Source: the human T2T-CHM13v2.0 reference genome, Homo sapiens. Taken from it: 64,000 nucleotides of DNA. The position numbers and the translations under genes were made by a program. Where the stretch lies: assembly GCF_009914755.1 (NCBI RefSeq), contig NC_060927.1, one strand, 5' to 3'. The notes under the pieces are model-generated. The model was not told where the DNA came from. It saw nothing but the letters and a program-made list of their open reading frames with translations, and searched no databases. This document shows, in pieces, positions 59,862 to 64,000 of this stretch. Positions within the stretch are counted from its first letter, which is position 1. Every line of letters starts with the position of its first letter.

Positions 59862-60045
59862 CAACGCTTCTCAACGTCAGTGCTATTAGCATTTGGGGCT
59901 GAATAATTCTTGGTCATGGGAGCTGTCCTGAGCATTATTTAGTGGCATCGTTAGTCGCTACTCACTAGTTACTGGTAGCATTCCCCTCTTGCGACAACCC
60001 AAAATGTCTGCAGACATTGCCAGATGGCCCTATTGAGAACACTGG
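59862..60045 (-). mobile_element. MER20 (hAT-Charlie)
   Basis: 'ttctcaacgtcagtgctattagcatttggggctgaataattctt...gacaacccaaaatgtctgcagacattgccagatg...ttgagaacactg'. Confidence 0.85.
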
Positions 60046-60849
60046 TATGAAAGTATTAATGCCATGCCACTTTCTAAAATGTTGCAGAAGTTGTTGTGCC
60101 ACCCAGTGGGTTTTCAGTTGATTTGTGTGCAAAGTTTTACCAAGAGGTATGATAAATATGTCCCCTGAGTTGAAATACTGTGTATCGTACATGCATTCTT
60201 AGCAGAAAACAAAGTTGCTTAATATTTTATTGTTTCTAATGGTTTCTGATGAGACATCCATCAATGTAAAAGAAACCAGTTTCTTCTAAGTTTTACTTTA
60301 TAAATATGTAATATAATTGTAGAGTAAACCTCCTTTATCATCCTGATGGAGGATCAGACTAATATCTGTCTTGAGTTTTATCAGGATTTTATGCTATTTT
60401 TAAAATAGTTTGTGGAGGGAGGGAGGAGGAAAAGGTTTGATATGCAATATGTTAAAATCTGTAGAATAACACAGTTCCACTTCATCAAGCTGTACCATAT
60501 AGCTTTCCTATACAGTTTTAATAATTTTAAAAATAACTTTTTTCTGATTTTAAATATTCAAAGAATATAGTCAAGTATACAAGAGGAAATTAAAATCATC
60601 TATAATCCCACAATTGAGAGATAAGTATGTACATTATTCTTTCATGGATTTATTTATTCCTCCATGAAATTATGTGCCAGGCACTGTGCTAAGGCTGGAA
60701 ATACATGAGAACAAGATATATAAGTTATCTCCTTATGTAAAACCTACTTGCATATATATTAGTGCATACATTAGAATGTGTATTCCACCTTTATTCATAC
60801 CAGAATCATACCAGGACACCTAGATAGTTCAGTAATGCTTTGGCTGGCA

Positions 60850-61320
60850 ATCGTTTGGCTGTCAGTGAAGAAACCTGAAAAACATTAACTTAAACGTTAA
60901 GGATATTATCTCATTTGCATAAGAAATTTGAAAGAGAGTCAACCAGGGCTGATGCTCTGAATTTATACTTCTATCGATTACTCAGGATCCTTCTGGCTTT
61001 CTATTGTGCCACTTCTAAGCATGGAACCATTGGTTCTAAGCTTGCAAAACAGCTTCTCCTTCTTAAGGTATTTCTCCAGGTTCCAGACTGGAAAAGGGGG
61101 AAAAGCCAAAGGAAAAAAAAAGGCAGGTGCTCCCCGAATCTGAGCTCATAAAAGAGCTTTCTCCAAACTTAAGAGTTTTCTCAATAACATCCATTTATAT
61201 GTTATTGTTTGGAACTATTTCACATGGACCCCAAGATGCAAAAGATAGAAAAAATAGAACAAACTTACATTGAGTTAAAAGTGATGGACAGCCTTCCAAA
61301 AACAGATGTAATCCTTGCCT
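60850..61320 (-). mobile_element. Old MaLR LTR (MLT1-type)
   Basis: 'tttggctgtcagtgaagaaacctg...aacttaaac...caaccagggctg'; strongly diverged. Confidence 0.4.
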
Positions 61321-61369
61321 CCTTCTCTGAAATAACAACTAAAGGTTTAGTATCAGACTTCTAGATTCT

Positions 61370-61880
61370 TGTCTAAGTGTAGAGAGATACGCACAAAAGC
61401 ATTGAGGTCATCTTTCCATCCCCATTAAAAGGGGATGATAGACATTTTCCTCTACTCAACAATATATCGTGACAACTTTTCAGGTCAATACATTTAGCCA
61501 TAAGTCATTTAGAAATAATTGTACAATAGTCCATGCTATGAGCAAATCACAATTACAAAACTGTCCCATCGTAACATAGATTCTCTCAAAATTATTGTTA
61601 TTACAAATAAAGCCCAGTACATCTTTATACGGTATCCTTACACAAATGAGTGACTTTTTCTGTAGATAGGCTAGAAATAGAATTGCCAGGTCAATATGTG
61701 TGAAGCATGTTTAAACATTCTAATGGGTACTCTCAATTGCCTTTCAAAAAGGCTGTAATTATTTACAGTCTCACCAACAGTAGCTGTGAGTTTCTTTCTC
61801 TCTTCATTCACACCGACAATGGATATTATCAGTCTTAAAAGACTGGTAATGTTTCCTAACTTTTCAGGCAATAATATGTC
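61370..61880 (-). mobile_element. Very old L1ME-class fragment
   Basis: 'ctagaaatagaattgccaggtcaa', 'aattgcctttcaaaaaggctgtaattatttacagtctcaccaacag'. Confidence 0.6.
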
Positions 61881-62316
61881 TCCAGATGGATTTATTTCCA
61901 AACTGTTTATATAAAGAATTTCACATACACTCAAAAGTAGAACAAATAATATAAACTAAGAATCCCACTACCCGTCACCCAGCTTCAATAATTACCAATA
62001 TATTGCCACACTTGTTTTAGCTGCACAGAATTTAATCATTTTTCTATTTTTGCTACCATCCCTTTTTTATTTTGGAGGGAGGCAGGTTGTTGTTCATCTT
62101 TTACTTCTTATTCTAGTAAGAATTTTGATTTCCTCATAAGTCCTATGTATTTGTCTTAAAGCTCACAGCCATGCATCAAGTTTTCTGTCTAGTGCAGAGA
62201 TAGTGCCATCACTTTCCCCTTCTGCGCCTGGGTAGATAGTATTACTTGATCAATATATCTTTTAGCTGTAAGCCCAGGTGTCCCCTTGCACCTTTTCTTA
62301 GCACAGTGCTTTATAC

Positions 62317-62670
62317 CTATGGTTCTCAAACTTCAGCATACCTAAGAATCACCTGGAAAGCTTGTTAAAATACACATTCCCACACCCACCACCCCCATAG
62401 ATTCGCATTCAGTAGGTCTGGGATGGGAACTAAGATTCCATTCTACATTTCTAGCAAGTTGCCAGATGACACAGATTCTGCCTATCCACACACCATGGTT
62501 TGTTAGCATTGTTCTAGACCAGTGCTTCCAAATTTTAATGTATATATGAATCACTGGAGATTGTGTTCCAATGCAGATTTTCATTCAGTAGGTCTGCTTC
62601 TGGCCCTGATATTTAGCTTCTCTAATAAGTTCCAGGTGATACTGCTGGATCATAGACTAAATTTGAGTAT
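62317..62670 (+). mobile_element. Two head-to-tail MER5A/B elements (62317-62511 and 62520-~62670)
   Basis: Both contain 'aatcac(c)tgga' and 'ttcagtaggtctg'; separated by 8 bp ttctagac. Confidence 0.75.
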
Positions 62671-64000
62671 CAGGTCCTCAGTGGCCACTACTATGCAGAG
62701 TTGGTTGTGAAGTAAAATTAATCAGCCATGTCTAACCTAGAACCAAGGCCTTCCTTGACCTCAAAGTTTCCTAAATATCATTACATAGACTAGAACCAGG
62801 ATAGCTAAAAAATATTCAACTGAGAAACTTTTCTTAAAACTTAGATTTCAAGTCTGTGCAATGAGAAATTGTCCTTCATGAGAAATTTGGGGAGGGGTCC
62901 AGGAATCTATTCTTTATACAGTTCTTTTGCCAACCTTGGAGCCCAGGTAAGTGTGGTAGCCACTACTTTATGCTTCTTGGATGATGCACAGGTGTTCATT
63001 CTTGGATTCATCTGATCCCTCACCTAATTATTAATCTTATCAAGATAAAAATGTTGACACTGACTTTTTACATGACTACATTAGATACTGTGGGTCATAC
63101 AGAGATGAATTAGGGACAGATTCTACTTCTCTAGACCTGATAATCTGGTGAAAGAGATTGATGTAATAATACATAGTCACTACTATGGGAAGTCAGGGCA
63201 GAAAACCTGTTTCCTCTCCTTCTCGGTATCCTCCTTCCTGAAACTTAAATTAAAAACATTTGCTCAAGAGGAAATTTCCCATTTCAAATAGAAATCTCAT
63301 AAAAGCATAGAAATGCCAAGGAGATAGTTTTCTATGTAATATTAAGTCATAATATGGGCTTTGCTCTTGGGTGGCGTTCCCAGATACTAGCTAGGTTTGT
63401 AAGTATAACACAACATGTGCATTACACAGTACATATAACAGTGGGAAAATGAATGCCACCTAGAGAACCATAACTTTTGTCATTTCTTGACTTTGGAGAA
63501 ATTTCAATTTGTAGCCTTAATGATATACAACTGTAGATTTTTCCATTTTAAGTAATATGCTGATTGGAGTCTTGCATAGTGTTCTTATTTTCCCAAATTC
63601 TCATCCTATACAAAATTCGCAAATTCTTGTATTCCCAAATTATCATTTCTATACAGAATGTAAAAATTCTAATAAAGCTAATAGTGTAGGTCATATATTT
63701 ACTGTCTGCTGAATGGGGCTGTTCACTGTCATTAAGATTCTGAAAGAAGCACTTGAGAAAACAGGATAATGGAGAAGAAAAAGCTGTAATCAAGCATAAA
63801 AGGACTTTTAAAAGGGGGAACTGAGACATCTTTCAACAGTGACCTTTATAACACTGATACTGGACTGAGACTATAATTGTCCATCACTCTTTTCAATGGT
63901 CAATACTCTGCTCACCACAACTCATTCTTTCAATACCATTGATCCGTTTAACAACCCTGGCTGGCAATCTCTCTTTGTAAGTTACAAAGTTAGTGACATT

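Overview
This is AT-rich, CpG-depleted human genomic DNA, intronic or intergenic. The human assignment rests on a near-consensus AluYb8. I find no credible cellular protein-coding gene, RNA gene or CpG island. The only real coding signal is decayed LINE-1 ORF2, and the other listed ORFs are chance or Alu-derived. Most of the window is a mosaic of transposable elements: Alu (FAM, FLAM, J, S, Y, Yb8), L1 of several ages, MIR/L2, MaLR and ERV solo LTRs, and MER5/MER20/MER102/MADE1 DNA transposons. Subfamily names come from remembered consensus motifs and need RepeatMasker/Dfam confirmation. Structure beyond routine annotation: (1) a 196-bp, ~96% identical inverted copy of an old MIR dropped into an L2 about 1 kb away; (2) a 120-bp direct duplication 2.2 kb apart, with a nested 36-bp tandem duplication; (3) a 16-bp triplication fused to a fold-back palindrome; these three sit within about 9 kb (48-57 kb); (4) an L1PA3-like insertion with both a twin-priming 5' inversion and an apparent ~32-bp 3' transduction; (5) a solo LTR with a 10-run G-quadruplex/GC-box tract upstream of its TATA-like box. 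I see no evidence for a new gene system; the best leads are these templated-rearrangement scars.
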